Part shown: one piece after another, positions 12,632 through 26,964 of the stretch
Position numbering within the stretch: position 1 is the first letter of the stretch
How the letters are laid out: each line of letters begins with the position of its first letter
DNA from: Eledone cirrhosa
Lineage: Eukaryota
Reading direction: 5' to 3'
Length of the DNA: 64,000 bases
Assembly (NCBI GenBank): GCA_964016885.1
Contig: OZ024753.1
Span: 8,928,001 to 8,992,000 of the forward strand
Made by a program: the position numbers and the translations under genes
Notes under the pieces: generated by a model
What the model was told of the DNA's origin: nothing
Databases searched by the model: none
The model's input: the letters and a program-made list of their open reading frames with translations, nothing else

Positions 12632-13692
12632 CTAGCAGAGGTTGCTCCGATATTAAATAGCAGTTGTGTATACCATTTATGTCAATACTTAAGTGCTACT
12701 TCGAAAACTATACTTTTACAAAATCATCGGCTTTTTCCAAAAGTGGGTTCCTGCCCCCAGGGATCCCCTACTCAATATGTGCCAATTCTGAGAGTTCACA
12801 TTCATCTGTAGGACAAACGTAGCCCATGTGTCAAGTTTTGTGAAAATCGGTTGCAAACTCCAGAAGTTATGACGTTTTGTTGCATTGCACTGCAGTTCTT
12901 CAGTCGACTCCAAGGAAGTGGTTAAAGGGGGTTAGCTGCCGGGAGGCCCTATAATCAATATTTGGAAAAATTAAAGTGCCCATAACCATCCGGAGTACAT
13001 AAGTAACCTATGTCTTAAGTTTGGTGAAAATACTGTAGAAATGCATAAGGTTTATACAGGCGCGCACTCGTGTGTGTGTGTGGGGGGGGGGGGGTATGTA
13101 TTTGTGTGTGCGTATGTATGTGTATGTCTGTCGGGGCATACGTATGTACTGGCCTAAATCTTCACTATTTACTTTTACTATTTTAATAACCTCTGTCATT
13201 TTCGTTTTAAATTTTATTTACATCATTCTTAAACACCGGGGCTGGAAATCATTCTGTTATGTTAAATAGAATATTAGTCTAACGACTCCATTTATACCAT
13301 AAACTTGGTCTTGTCTTTGCATGAAATTGTTCTTCTCGCTCCACATAACGACGTATTATCCTCGCTTTTTTTCCCGATCATTGCCAGGGAAGGTCTTCAC
13401 GAACCAAAATATCGTCTTCCTGTTTTCCTTCGGTTGGAACGTTTCTCGAAATATTTACTTCTGTGTTCACAGATTACTCTCAGTTCAATTTGAATGGGAA
13501 ATTCCTGTTTTATCGATTTTCTCCGTAGCCATGGAAGCTTGTACCCTAAAAGTCGACCCAACGCCTCCTCGGGTCATTCTGCATAACTGTGTAAATTTTC
13601 GCTGCATTCCACCAAGCCGTTTTGACGTTTATCCGACTACACTTACTTACTTAAATATACAACGTCCGACCACTTCCAATTTATATAGTAGA
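12632..13692 (-). mobile_element. Non-autonomous Helitron
   Basis: Minus strand begins A|TCTACTATATAAA and ends CTAG|T (AT insertion site, no TSD). Internal AAGTTTTGTGAAAATCGG motif. Confidence 0.75.
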
Positions 13693-13703
13693 TAAATATA
13701 TAA

Positions 13704-13750
<47 letters not shown>

Positions 13751-13753
<3 letters not shown>

Positions 13754-13880
13754 TTTCTGAATTTGTTTAGCAAGATTCTTTATCTGAAAACGTGTGTTGA
13801 AACCGATATTGTTATACTTTGGGAGGGTCATGTTGTCAATAAATGTTGGCAACATGACCCTCCCAAAGTATAACAATATA
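13751..13880. mobile_element. PLE-like pLTR tail with fold-back hairpin
   Basis: ATATTGTTATACTTTGGGAGGGTCATGTTG..CAACATGACCCTCCCAAAGTATAACAATAT; same family as 27290, 47995 and 58800. Confidence 0.65.
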
Positions 13881-13889
13881 TATATACAG

Positions 13890-14590
<701 letters not shown>

Positions 14591-14596
14591 TATATA

Positions 14597-14808
14597 TAGG
14601 AACGAGTAGGACCTTGACGGTTGAGCTCAAGCCGTTTTGACGGCTAATTCTGGACTAAAAATTTTTAGTCCAGAATTAGCCATTGAAACGGCTTGAGCTC
14701 AGCCGTCGGGGTCCTACTCGTTCCTATTACCCACTCTACTACCCTAAGTATTGAGTACTTTGGTGCGTTATGGTCCACCTGGTTCCTTACCACATTTCCT
14801 TCGTTATA
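14597..14808 (+). mobile_element. Fold-back PLE-like pLTR remnant
   Basis: ~65-bp palindromic arms centred on CTAAAAATTTTTAG, followed by the same tail as 3895-4090. Confidence 0.7.
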
Positions 14809-15362
14809 TATATATATATCATCATCATTTTACGTCCGCTTTTCCTAATTATTTATATAATATAAGTTTTACAATCAATTACAAGTTACTCAACCTACTG
14901 CAGCAAAACAATATTACTATAACTATATAAATGTGGCAGTAATAATTTTCTATACAAAGTCAGCAAAGCTGTATTATATTTAGATTACCTATGTACAATT
15001 AGAGTTTCTATGGCTACATTGCCTGAAAGTATATAGAAATCACAATTTATTCATCAGTCTGAGACCCCAGTAATAGTGCAATGTATTAAAAGCATTTTGT
15101 GAATATTTTACAGCTCAAGAACCTCTCTTGAAATGTATGTTAATAGAGATATTTAAGAAGGAGGTCAATAATATATGATCAATCATAAACGAACATCTGA
15201 TGTCCATCACTAATGTCTAAAAGGTTTACTTTACTACCACAGTATTTCAATAAATTCTTGAAATTAGCTAATTTTCTATTTGGCCTAGGAGTAAGTTCGC
15301 ATCTATTTACTTTGTTAAATGGGAAATGGTACAAATACACAATCTCGCTCATATATATATAT

Positions 15363-16416
15363 AAAGCATTAAAGCATTCTATCTGACGTTCTAATGACTG
15401 TGAATTTGCTGCCACATATACACATATCTATAATATTAACATATATATATTTATGTTCCTAACTCAATATATACCTTTGATATATTCGGCTCCGTTAATT
15501 TGTTGAGCTATTTCAAATGTTGAATAAACCTGGTTGCTATTTTTAGTGGTGTAAGTTTGTGAGACACATGTGATACCATGTGTACTAGTATATATAGCAC
15601 ACTATTCAGTTTCTTAATATACTTAGAAGTGTCTAGGATACTAATTCATCACCCACTGATGAGCTTGAATTGGTAATTTTATTCACAATTAACATTGCAA
15701 AACAACAAGTTGTCTGGGTGATTGGTATTTACCACAATTCCGGTTTGTATTTATTTTCTTAATTTTTTTCTTAAATTGAGACAGGAAAACCCTATTGTCT
15801 ATAGTTAGTATTCTTTTCACCTTAGCGAATCTGGTCCCTTACGATTTGAACACATATATGTATATATCTGTGTTCGTTTTTCTTTTATATTCTATTATAA
15901 TTATATTTATGTATGTGCATGTATATATATATATATTAAAACAATGAAATTAAACACAAAACGGTTAATTCATAGAAAAACTCATTATTTTTACGATCGT
16001 TTCTGGGGGGTAGTTCCCTGTATGTCCATTCAATTATTGATCTATGTAAAATATATTACAAAATATCATAGTAAGAAACGATCGTAAAATAATTAGTTTT
16101 ACTATGAATTAACTGTTTTGTGTTGAATTTCATTGTTTTAATATTTCTATTTTTGACTCTGTATCCAATGAATTATATCGTTGAAAATGTTGTATTTTAA
16201 ACTTTGCTTCACGACATCTTCTACATACAGATTACATTGAGTTCTTCATACGATTTAGACTCTACCATTGATTGGTAGATTTATCTGTATATATATATAT
16301 ATATATTTATATATATGCACATACATAAATATATATATGTTAATATTATAGATATGTGTATATGTAGCAGCAAATTCACAGTCATTAGAACGTCAGATAG
16401 AATGCTTTAATGCTTT
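15363..16416. mobile_element. Nested inverted-repeat PLE pLTR complex
   Basis: Outer IR 15363-15456/16323-16416 (~94 bp); inner IR 15935-16004/16074-16142; hammerhead-like motif inside. Confidence 0.7.
15648..15722 (+). ncRNA. Type I hammerhead ribozyme, degenerate
   Basis: Stem I ATCACCCA/TGGGTGAT; CTGATGA; AAAAC in place of GAAAC; stem III AAC-aa-GTT; GTC cleavage triplet. Confidence 0.65.
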
Positions 16417-16442
16417 GCGATATTCATTTCAGCTTTCTGCTC

Positions 16443-16670
16443 TCATCATCATCACCATCATCGTTTAATGTCCATCTTCCATGCTAGCATCAGTTAAACG
16501 GTTTTGTTCTATTTGATGCGGGATTGGTTGAGAAACTGTGTCTAGCTCGTATGGAAGTGTTTCTAGCAGGTTTTCTACGGCTGGATGCCCTTCCTAACAC
16601 CAACCACTTTTACAGTGTGGACTGGGAGCCATTTTACCATGTCGCCTACATGACCACTTTACTGTGTGGA
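16443..16670 (-). mobile_element. RTE-related 3' UTR/SINE tail fragment
   Basis: GGCTGGATGCCCTTCCTAAC motif and (GAT)n tail, as in 2920-3200. Confidence 0.75.
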
Positions 16671-16941
16671 GTGAAGTCAACTTTGCTTTTCATCCTTTCG
16701 AAGTCAATTAAAAAAAAACCAGTCTAGCGCTGGGTTCGATTCTTACTTTATATCTCTTTATTTCCTCTCTCTATCCTTCTCTGGAAGAAATTTGCTGTGT
16801 TCAAACCTTTAGAGGATTGGGTTCTGCCAGGTTTAAAAGATGCCCTAGAAATGCTGTATGTTCATAGGCTGACCAAGGTACTTTCACTAGAGAAACCATC
16901 ATACTCTTAATAGGACTAAACACTCCTCTTTATTTTGTGTT

Positions 16942-17280
16942 CAAGGGTCAGCTGAAAAGTTTAAAGACTGACCAAGATACTCTCATGGAATGTCAAAATG
17001 AGGTTTATTTTTCAACATAGTCTCTGGAAAAAAACACTGCAGTTATTAATAAGAGTAGTTGAAATGAATGCAGGCAAGATTTCACTACTCTAGCATGACG
17101 CCTGCATAGGCTGACCAAGATACTCTCATGGAATGACTAAATGAGGTTTATTTTTCTACATAATATCTGATAAGAAAGAATGCAGTTATTAAGAAGAGTT
17201 GAAATTAATGCATGCAAGATTTCACAACCCTAGCATCACTCCTTCATAGTTAGCCTATGAACTTTTTCAGCTGATCCTTG
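16942..17280 (-). mobile_element. Mariner-derived MITE, 2 units
   Basis: TIR CAAGGGTCAGCTGAAAAGTT...AACTTTTTCAGCTGATCCTTG; interior is the reverse complement of the 143-bp unit. Confidence 0.8.
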
Positions 17281-18129
17281 TAAACAGACATACAGTAACA
17301 CTTTCTTTACTAGGTGAAGGAGTATCATAAATACAACTGTTATATATCTAGTGATTATGTTAGTGACCCACAGACGTACTTGAGCTTACAACAACTCAAA
17401 CGGACCCGTACCAAAGTAAGTAAAACCTTTAGATGGACTTGAGATTTTGCCAATTTTTCCCCATCAACTAATTATCTATTAATTTTCTTAGAACCCTTCA
17501 CAGCAGCTCCCTCTAATAAATATAATTTGCAATTATTTCAAGTTAAATTAAATTAACTTTAATTGCATTGTTTAGAAATTATGATCATTATGATCATTGC
17601 GTAAGTAGGAGGGTTGGTAGTTAGAGAATTGGATTTACATTTGTGAGGTTCGTTATCATCATCATCGTTTAATGTCTATCTTCCACACTAACATGGGTGT
17701 ATATTGGATTAAGGGGTGCCTACTGACTGTAGATTTAAGTTCATATGCAAGGAAAGGGGGGGGGGTCTTCTGTATTACTGGTTGCGAGTTTGATTCCCTG
17801 ACCTGGTGATCTTTTATATCCTTGTGTAAGACGCTCTATTTCATGTTGTTCTTTCTGTCAGGAGTTGCAACCAGTATCAGCAATTGGTTGGTTGTCATTC
17901 ATCCTTACAGGGTCGATAAACTAAAGTACCAGTAACATGCTGTAGTTGATTTAATTGACTTTCTCCTCCCCCAAAAAATTTATAGCCTTGTACCTAAATC
18001 AGAAACTTATGCAGTATTTGCTGATTCTATGAAATCTCACCAAATATAGAACATATATATAATATTCTAATAATAATAATAATATTTATAGTTATGTATA
18101 CACTATAAACAACTATAAACAGGAAAGGT

Positions 18130-20050
18130 CAGTAATTTATTACTACCTTATTACCAGTAAGAGAAATAGCTCAATGTAAGAACATCAGGTGTTTTACAGA
18201 GCAGGAAAATAAATTAGACAATTATCAAAGTTATGTTCAAATCATTTTATTGCCGACAATCGTTTCTTCCAAACTTTCGTTTGGAGTCATCGGAGCATTA
18301 GCAATGTTTGTACATATAATTAACCTCCTATTCAACTGAACAATCATATAGATACATATATATTGATGTTGAGAACAACAGTTTCGTATTTACAGGGTGT
18401 AATGAATGCGACATATATTATATGAGAATTGTACAATAATTCAAATTAAAGTTAAAAGCACAGAGTGGAATACATGCGACAGATAATACAAGAGAATAGT
18501 CTAATAATTAAAGAGGCATTGAGAAAGAATGAGGACACTAGCAGTAGATATGCAAGCGTGTAGAAAGTGCACATGCGTTAGTCATATATATGGGAAGGAA
18601 ACTAGCAAAGGTATTAGGCAAATATAGATAAATAAATAAATACTGTATTGCAAAGTTATCACTTAAAATACCAAGCAAATGTGTTAATGTATTAAAAATT
18701 TATGGCGGATGTAATGTGATGATAGTGTTCAAATTTGTGTGTGTTGAGAAAATCAAAGTTATTGTTGTCTTTTCCATTACATATGTTAAATTATATTTTA
18801 GTTAATGTTTATATTGAATATTTTAAGTTAGTTACAGTAATGGATTGCAAATTGGTCTTATTGTATTCTTATTCATGGATTAGAGTTGTTCAATAGGTAG
18901 TTTTTCTTACGGTTGAATTTCCGGAAGTGAGTATGAGATCCCAGATTAAGGGGAGCTAATGCGTAAGGGGAGGTAACTAGCTAATTAAATTAAATTAAAA
19001 TATATAGGAATACCAATTATTTAAATCCTTTGCTCTAATACACATTATGATGTGATACAAGTGAATCTCTATTACATAATGTTATATATTTATACTTAAT
19101 TTTAAATACAGTCTATTTTCCTATAATACATTAAAGGTCTCATTAGATTGTTATCTATCCATTACTGAACACGATATATGTTATAGAAAAATGTATAGCT
19201 GTTTACATGTCCAATTAGTTAGATCATTTGTGTAATAATATACATTATATTGTGTTAAAAGTAAATCCCTTATATACAATGCTATTAATTTATATATTTA
19301 ATTATAAATGTATATATAGTTTATTATTACATATTACATTAAATGTCTCTACATATTATATATTCATTACTGTATATAATATAATTAAGCTATAGTAGTT
19401 ATATTAAAAGGTGGTAACTTTGTTTATTTCTAATAGTTATTGTAGAATATAAGGTTAGAGATAAATATGAGTTGTGTAGAGGAAAGAACTGATCAAAGTG
19501 TGTGTTGCTGCGGGGGCTGATAATTCCTAGAGGTGAAATGTTAATGGTGGTGAGGAATTCAAATCTGACGTTATATACTAGCAGCTAGGTTTAATGTTTT
19601 GGAACGAGTGTCGGTAGTGGTGCTGGCATGAGGAAAACACCTCTGATTTTCTATTTAGGAGGTCTGGTTTCGAAAAGATTATAGTACCGGTCTCTTGAAG
19701 ACAGAGGTTACACAATAAATTTATCTGTTGCTTTTGAATAATTGTTGTTTCGTATGAAATGTAATAAGTTCTCTTTGTCATTGAAGAAAATAAATGTTTG
19801 ACCGTTCCACACTCAAAAACAAACGTTCTCTCTCTCCCTCTCACTCCCTTCTCTCTCTCTTTGGCGTTCCTAAAGGAAGTTTGTAAGCATATATGTAGTT
19901 TTATCGAATGTTAAGGGGAGTAGAGAGAGTAAATCAGATTGTATTAGAGGGGTAAAGCGTCATGTATTTAGTTTTATCGATTATTTCCGTAATTGTGTAT
20001 GAGTTTGAATAAAATAAATAATCGTTGACCTAAGTTTGACTATTTATAAC
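18130..20050 (-). mobile_element. Penelope-like element 3' portion (GIY-YIG C-terminus, long 3' region, pLTR)
   Basis: ORF 19578-19844 contains CNLCLQE..II....LLNRKSEVFSSCQH, the PLE endonuclease C-terminal motif; TSFRN upstream; hammerhead-like motif at 18251-18297. Boundaries approximate. Confidence 0.75.
18251..18297 (-). ncRNA. Type I hammerhead ribozyme, degenerate
   Basis: TGCT-CCGATGA-CTCCAAAC gaaa GTTTGGAA-GAAAC gatt GTC-GGCA; core CUGA changed to CCGA. Confidence 0.65.
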
Positions 20051-20106
20051 ATTCTTACAGACTTTGAGTCGAATCGGTTTTAAATTGTGCAAATGTATAA
20101 ACATGG

Positions 20107-20141
<35 letters not shown>

Positions 20142-20242
20142 CAACAACAACAACAACAATCTGTTTTTTATAGATAATGATGATATATACACATATACGC
20201 ACACAAATACCAACATGGGAGATATGGATGCAAAATGATGAC

Positions 20243-20273
<31 letters not shown>

Positions 20274-20759
20274 TTATATTGTATACTTACATGTATGTAT
20301 GTGTGTATGCATACATTCATATATATTTTGGTGTTGCTTATTCATTTGAAACTTTTTAATTAGCTATCTTACTTTACTGATTACTTTATATGTTTATTTT
20401 TATGTTCATATTTATGTTTATTTTATTTACTATTTACTATTTCTATGGAAGGCAATACCACTAATGTATCCAGCCATCCATACTTTGTTGATGATAGATA
20501 ATATGGTGATTTTCACCAACATACCCAGTAGCATTATTTCTACAGTAAAAGTTAAGTACATTTTCTGGCAGGTTAACATAGCTTTTTATACACTACTAAA
20601 TACCTTTTAGATATAGAGCTAGATTTTTGCTGCTTAAACAAAATTTACCTTACACTACAATAACTTTTCAAATACAAATTAATTTTGTTTTTCAAGACAT
20701 GTCTGTGTGTGTTGACCCAAATATAATTATTCACACAAACATACATTCATCCAAACACA

Positions 20760-21960
20760 CACATGCACATATACATAGGCATGCATACATACGCATATAT
20801 ACATAGGCATATATATACATAGGCATATATACCTATGCATATATACATAAACATATATACATACGCATATATACATAGGCATATATACATAGGCATATAT
20901 ACATATGCATATATACATAAGCATATATACATACGCATATATACATAGGCATATATACATACGCATATATACATACGCATATATACATAGGCATATATAC
21001 ATAAGCATATATACATACGCATATATACATAGGCATATATACATAGGCATATATACATACGCATATATACATAGGCATTCTTATACATAAGCATATATAC
21101 ATACGCATATATACATAGGCATTCTTATACATAAGCATATATACATAGGCATATATACATAGGCATTCTTATACTCATACATATAGACGCATACATACTC
21201 ATACTTGCAGGTGCATATACATATATACATGCAGACACATACATATATACACATGCAGACGCATTCATATATACATGCAGACGTATAAACATATACATTC
21301 ACACATGTAGAAGCATACATATACACATGCAGACACATACATATATATGGAGACGCATACATATATACACATGCAGAGGCATACACATATATATACATGC
21401 AGACACATACACATATATACATGCAGACGCATACATATATACACATGCAGACGCATACATATATACACATGCAGACATATACATATACACATGCAGACGC
21501 ATATATATACACATACATATACACATGCAGACACATATATACACATGCAGACGCATACATATATACACATGCAGACGCATACATATATACACATGCAGAC
21601 ACATACATATATATATATACATGCAGACGCATACATATATACACATGCAAACACATACATATATATATATACATGCAGACGCATACATATATACACATGC
21701 AGACACATACATACATATACACATGCAGACGCATACATACATATACACATGCAGACGCATACATATATATACATGCAGACGCATACATATATACACATGC
21801 AGACGCATACATATATACACATGCAGACGCATACATATATACACATGCAGACACATACATATATACACATGCAGACACATACATATATACACATGCAGAC
21901 GCATACATATATACACATGCAGACGCATACATATATATAAATTCACACATGCAGACAAAT
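20760..21960. repeat. Adjacent 14-bp and 24-bp minisatellites
   Basis: Units ATAGGCATATATAC (20790-21170) and ACACATGCAGACGCATACATATAT (21220-21960). Confidence 0.9.
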
Positions 21961-21964
21961 GTGT

Positions 21965-23770
21965 CTTCTTGTTGTTGTTGTCTTGTTGTTGTTGTTGTTG
22001 TCTTGTTGTTGTTGTTGTTGTTGTCTTGTTGCTGTTGTCTTGTTGTTGTTGTCTTGTTGCTGTTGTTGTTGTTGTCTTGTTGTTGTTGTCTTGTTGCTGT
22101 TGACTTGTTGTTGTTGTCTTGTTGCTGTTGTTGTTGTTGTCTTGTTGCTGCTGCTGTTGTTGTTGTTGTTGTTGTCTTGTTGTTATTGTTGTTGTTGTTG
22201 TTGTTGTCTTCTTGTTGTTCTTGTTCTTGTTGTCTTGTTGTCCTGTTGTTGCTGCTGCTGTTGTTGTTGTTGTTGTCCTCCCCTTCAACAATTTAATGGT
22301 CTTAATTAAAAAAGTTCTGAATGAAATAGAAGAGCTGTGAATATGTTACTTAAAATATCTCACATTTACAACCTCTTCCTCTTCCTCTTCCTCTTCCTCT
22401 TCCTCCTCCTCCTCCTCCTCCTCATCCTCCTCCTCATCATCATCATCATCATTACCAACATTGCCACCACCACCATGACCATCACCACCACCACAACCGC
22501 CATCATCATGACCATCACCACTGCCATCACTACCATCACCACAACCACAAACACCACCATCACCACCAAACTACCATTACCAGTATCATCACCACCACCA
22601 TTATTTTCATCCCCCCCTTCCACCACCATTACCAGTACTACCACACCATCACAGCAACAACCACACCACCACCACACCACAACACCACCATTACCCTCAT
22701 CACCACCAGTACTACAACACCACCACAGCAACCACTACCACAACAACAAGCCCCAACAACCTCCACCACCACTACCACCACCACCACAACAACCTCACCA
22801 CCACCACAACAACTACTACCACCACCACCTCACCATCACAGCAACCACACCACCACCACAACAACAACCTCACCACCATAGCAACCACTACCACAACAAC
22901 AAGCCCCCACTACTACCACAACTACCACCTCACCACCACAATAACTACTACCACCACAACCATAACCTCACCATAACAGCAAAACCATAACAGCAAAACC
23001 AACACCACTACCACCACCACCACAACAACCTCACCACAACAGCAACCACTACCACAACAACAAGCCCCCACAACCACCACTACCACAACAACAATAACCT
23101 CACCACCACAGCAACCGCACCACCACAACAACCGCATGACCATCACTACCACCACCACTACCACCACATCACCACTACCACCACACCACCAGTACCACCA
23201 CACCAACCGAACAACCACCACCACTACCCTACAACCACCACCACTACCATCACATCACCACTACCACCAAACCACCACTACCACCACACCAACCCCACAA
23301 GCACCACTACCACCACACCAACTCCACAACCACCACCACTACCACCACACCAACCCCACAACCACCACTACCACATCACCACTACCACCACACCAACCCC
23401 ATAACCACCACCACCACCACCACAACCACCACTACCACATCACCACTACCACCACACCAACCCCACAACCACCACCACTACCACCACAACAGCAACCTCA
23501 CCACCACACCAACCGCACTACCACCACTACCACCACATCACCACTACCACCACACCAACGCACCACCACACCAACGCACCACCACTACCACCACATCACC
23601 ACTACCACCACACCAACGCACCACCACTACCACCCCACTACCACCACATCACCACACCACCACTACCACCACACCACCACCACTACCACCACCCCACCAC
23701 CACCACACCAAAACCACACCACCACTACTACCACCACACCAAAACCACACCACCACCTCACCACCACCAT
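21965..23770. repeat. (TTG)n tract followed by (TCC/TCA/ACC)n cryptic simple repeats
   Basis: TTG at 21965-22275; CTC/ATC/ACC/AAC at 22372-23770; source of the poly-Q/T/H/P ORFs. Confidence 0.92.
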
Positions 23771-23865
23771 TTAAAAATACTGTGATATTACACTTTCATG
23801 TATTATCTCATATATATCTCTCATAAACTGGAAATAATTTGGTTTAAAGATTTCAGCAAAGATTC

Positions 23866-25592
23866 TTTCTAATTGGAGTTCTTGTGGATTTATATATTTC
23901 ACGTATTACTTTTCATATCTTTCTAATTAGAGTTCTCATGGATTTATATATTTCACGTATTACTTTTCATATCTTTCTAATTGGAGTTCTCGTGGATTTA
24001 TATATTTCATTATTACTTTTCATATCTTTCTAATTAGAGATCTCGTGGATTTATATATTTCATTATTACTTTTCATATCTTTCTAATTAGAGATCTTGTG
24101 GATTTATATATTTCACGTATTACTTTTCATATCTTTCTAATTGGAGTTCTCGTGGATTTATATATTTCATTATTACTTTTCATATCTTTCTAATTAGAGA
24201 TCTCGTGGATTTATATATTTCACGTATTACTTTTCATATCTTTCTAATTAGAGATCTCATGGATTTATATATTTCACGTATTACTTTTCATATCTTTCTA
24301 ATTAGAGATCTCGTGGATTTGTATATTTCACGTCTTACTTTTCATATCTTTCTAATTAGAGATCTCGTGGATTTATATATTTCACGTATTACTTTTCATA
24401 TCTTTCTAATTGAAGTTCTCGTGGATTTATATATTTCACGTATTACTTTTCATATCTTTCTAATTAGAGATCTCGTGGATTTGTATATTTCACGTCTTAC
24501 TTTTCATATCTTTCTAATTAGAGATCTCGTGGATTTATATATTTCACGTATTACTTTTCATATCTTTCTAATTGAAGTTCTCGTGGATTTATATATTTCA
24601 CGTATTACTTTTCATATCTTTCTAATTGAAGTTCTCGTGGATTTATATATTTCCCGTATTACTTTTCATATCTTTCTAATTGAAGTTCTCGTGGATTTAT
24701 ATATTTCACGTATTACTTTTCATATCTTTCTAATTAGAGTTCTCGTGGATTTATATATTTCACGTCTTACTTTTCATATCTTTCTAATTAGAGATCTCGT
24801 GGATTTATATATTTCACGTATTACTTTTCATATCTTTCTAATTGAAGTTCTCATGGATTTATATATTTCACGTATTACTTTTCATATCTTTCTAATTAGA
24901 GATCTCGTGGATTTATATATTTCACGTCTTACTTTTCATATCTTTCTAATTAGAGTTCTCGTGGATTTATATATTTCACGTATTACTTTTCATATCTTTC
25001 TAATTCAAGTTCTCGTGGATTTATATATTTCACGTATTACTTTTCATATCTTTCTAATTCAAGTTCTCGTGGATTTATATATTTCACGTATTACTTTTCA
25101 TATCTTTCTAATTCAAGTTCTCGTGGATTTATATATTTCACGTATTACTTTTCATATCTTTCTAATTCAAGTTCTCGTGGATTTATATATTTCACGTATT
25201 ACTTTTCATATCTTTCTAATTCAAGTTCTCGTGGATTTATATATTTCACGTATTACTTTTCATATCTTTCTAATTGAAGTTCTCGTGGATTTATATATTT
25301 CACGTATTACTTTTCATATCTTTCTAATTCAAGTTCTCGTGGATTTATATATTTCACGTATTACTTTTCATATCTTTCTAATTCAAGTTCTCGTGGATTT
25401 ATATATTTCACGTATTACTTTTCATATCTTTCTAATTGGAGTTCTCATGGATTTATATATTTCACGTATTACTTTTCATATCTTTCTAATTAGAGATCTC
25501 GTGGATTTATATATTTCACGTATTACTTTTCATATCTTTCTAACTGGAGTTCTCGTGGATTTATATATTTCACGTATTACTTTTCATATCTT
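23866..25592. repeat. 54-bp tandem repeat, ~32 copies
   Basis: Unit TTCTAATTAGAGATCTCGTGGATTTATATATTTCACGTATTACTTTTCATATCT; produces the 18-aa periodic ORF 24205-25632. Confidence 0.95.
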
Positions 25593-25818
25593 TTTTTTTT
25601 CTAGATTTAAATATGGAAAGGTGAAAGTTTAAACTTTTTCTATTTTCTTTTTATAAGCTGTATAAAAGAGACAACATATATATATATACATATATACACA
25701 TATATACATATATACATACACTCTTTCTCTCTCTTATATATACATATGAAAATATATATATATATATATATATATACAATATATTAACAAATGGAAACTA
25801 TATTTATAAAACCATATT

Positions 25819-25884
25819 TATTTTATTATACCTATTTCAAGGGCCACCAAGGCAAATTATGGTGCGCTTTCATCAGATAAAATA
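25819..25884 (-). ncRNA. Type I minimal hammerhead ribozyme
   Basis: Reverse-complement copy of 26024-26089 with a stem III variant. Confidence 0.8.
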
Positions 25885-26023
25885 CAATACAGATTAGTTT
25901 TATAAATAAATATTGACATACCCTGAAAAAAAGACAACCTTAATGGTTGGAGTTTCCTGGATAGTTCAGGTTGTCTTTTTTTCAGTGTATGTCAATATTT
26001 ATTTATAAAACTAATCTGTATTG

Positions 26024-26089
26024 TATTTTATCTGATGAAAGCGCACCATAATTTGCCTTGGTGGCCCTTGAAATATGTATAATAAAATA
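26024..26089 (+). ncRNA. Type I minimal hammerhead ribozyme
   Basis: TATTTTAT-CTGATGA-stem II (AAG.GCACCA...TGGTGGC.CTT)-GAAA-TATGTA-TA^-ATAAAATA. Confidence 0.85.
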
Positions 26090-26228
26090 AATATGGTTTT
26101 ATAAATATAGTTTCCATTTGTTAATATATTGTATATTTACTCCACTAATCTGTTGAGTGCTTTATATCAGTTATAAAAAAATGTTTAAGCTTGTTGAATC
26201 CCAACAAATTAAATATAACCTCTGCATA

Positions 26229-26265
<37 letters not shown>

Positions 26266-26528
26266 GTACATATATGTATATATATATATGCATATATATA
26301 TGTGTATATATATAAAGAAGAAATTAAAAGATGGTTAAAAAAGTTCCATATATTATGGGCATTTCCTTACATATCCTTACTTATACGACATAAGTAAGGA
26401 TATGTGTATATATTGTATATATATAGTATATATATATGTATGTATATATATATATATATATATTGTGTATATATATAGTATATATATATATATATATTGT
26501 GTATATATATAGTATATATAAGTATATA

Positions 26529-26561
<33 letters not shown>

Positions 26562-26588
26562 TGTGTATATATATAGTATATATATATG

Positions 26589-26701
<113 letters not shown>

Positions 26702-26921
26702 TGTATATATATAGTATATATATTGTATATATATATAGTATATATATATGTATATATATATTCTATATATATAGTATATATATGTAGTATATATAGTATA
26801 TATATGTATAGCATATATATAGTGTATATATATGTATATATGTAGTATATATATGTATAGCATATATATAGTGTATATATATGTATATATGTAGTATATA
26901 TATGTATATTATATATGTATA

Positions 26922-26958
<37 letters not shown>

Positions 26959-26964
26959 ATGATA

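Larger units (their letters stand above)
25772..26232 (+). mobile_element. PLE pLTR with 5'-inverted copy (palindrome, ~168-bp arms)
   Basis: Arms 25772-25940 and 25968-26136 with a 27-bp spacer; each arm has a hammerhead; GAGTGCT-containing tail; flanked by (TA)n. Confidence 0.85.

Noticed and set aside
24205-25632. 475-aa ORF with an 18-aa repeat
   Set aside because: Translation of a 54-bp satellite; upstream units carry 2-bp deletions, so the frame is not maintained.
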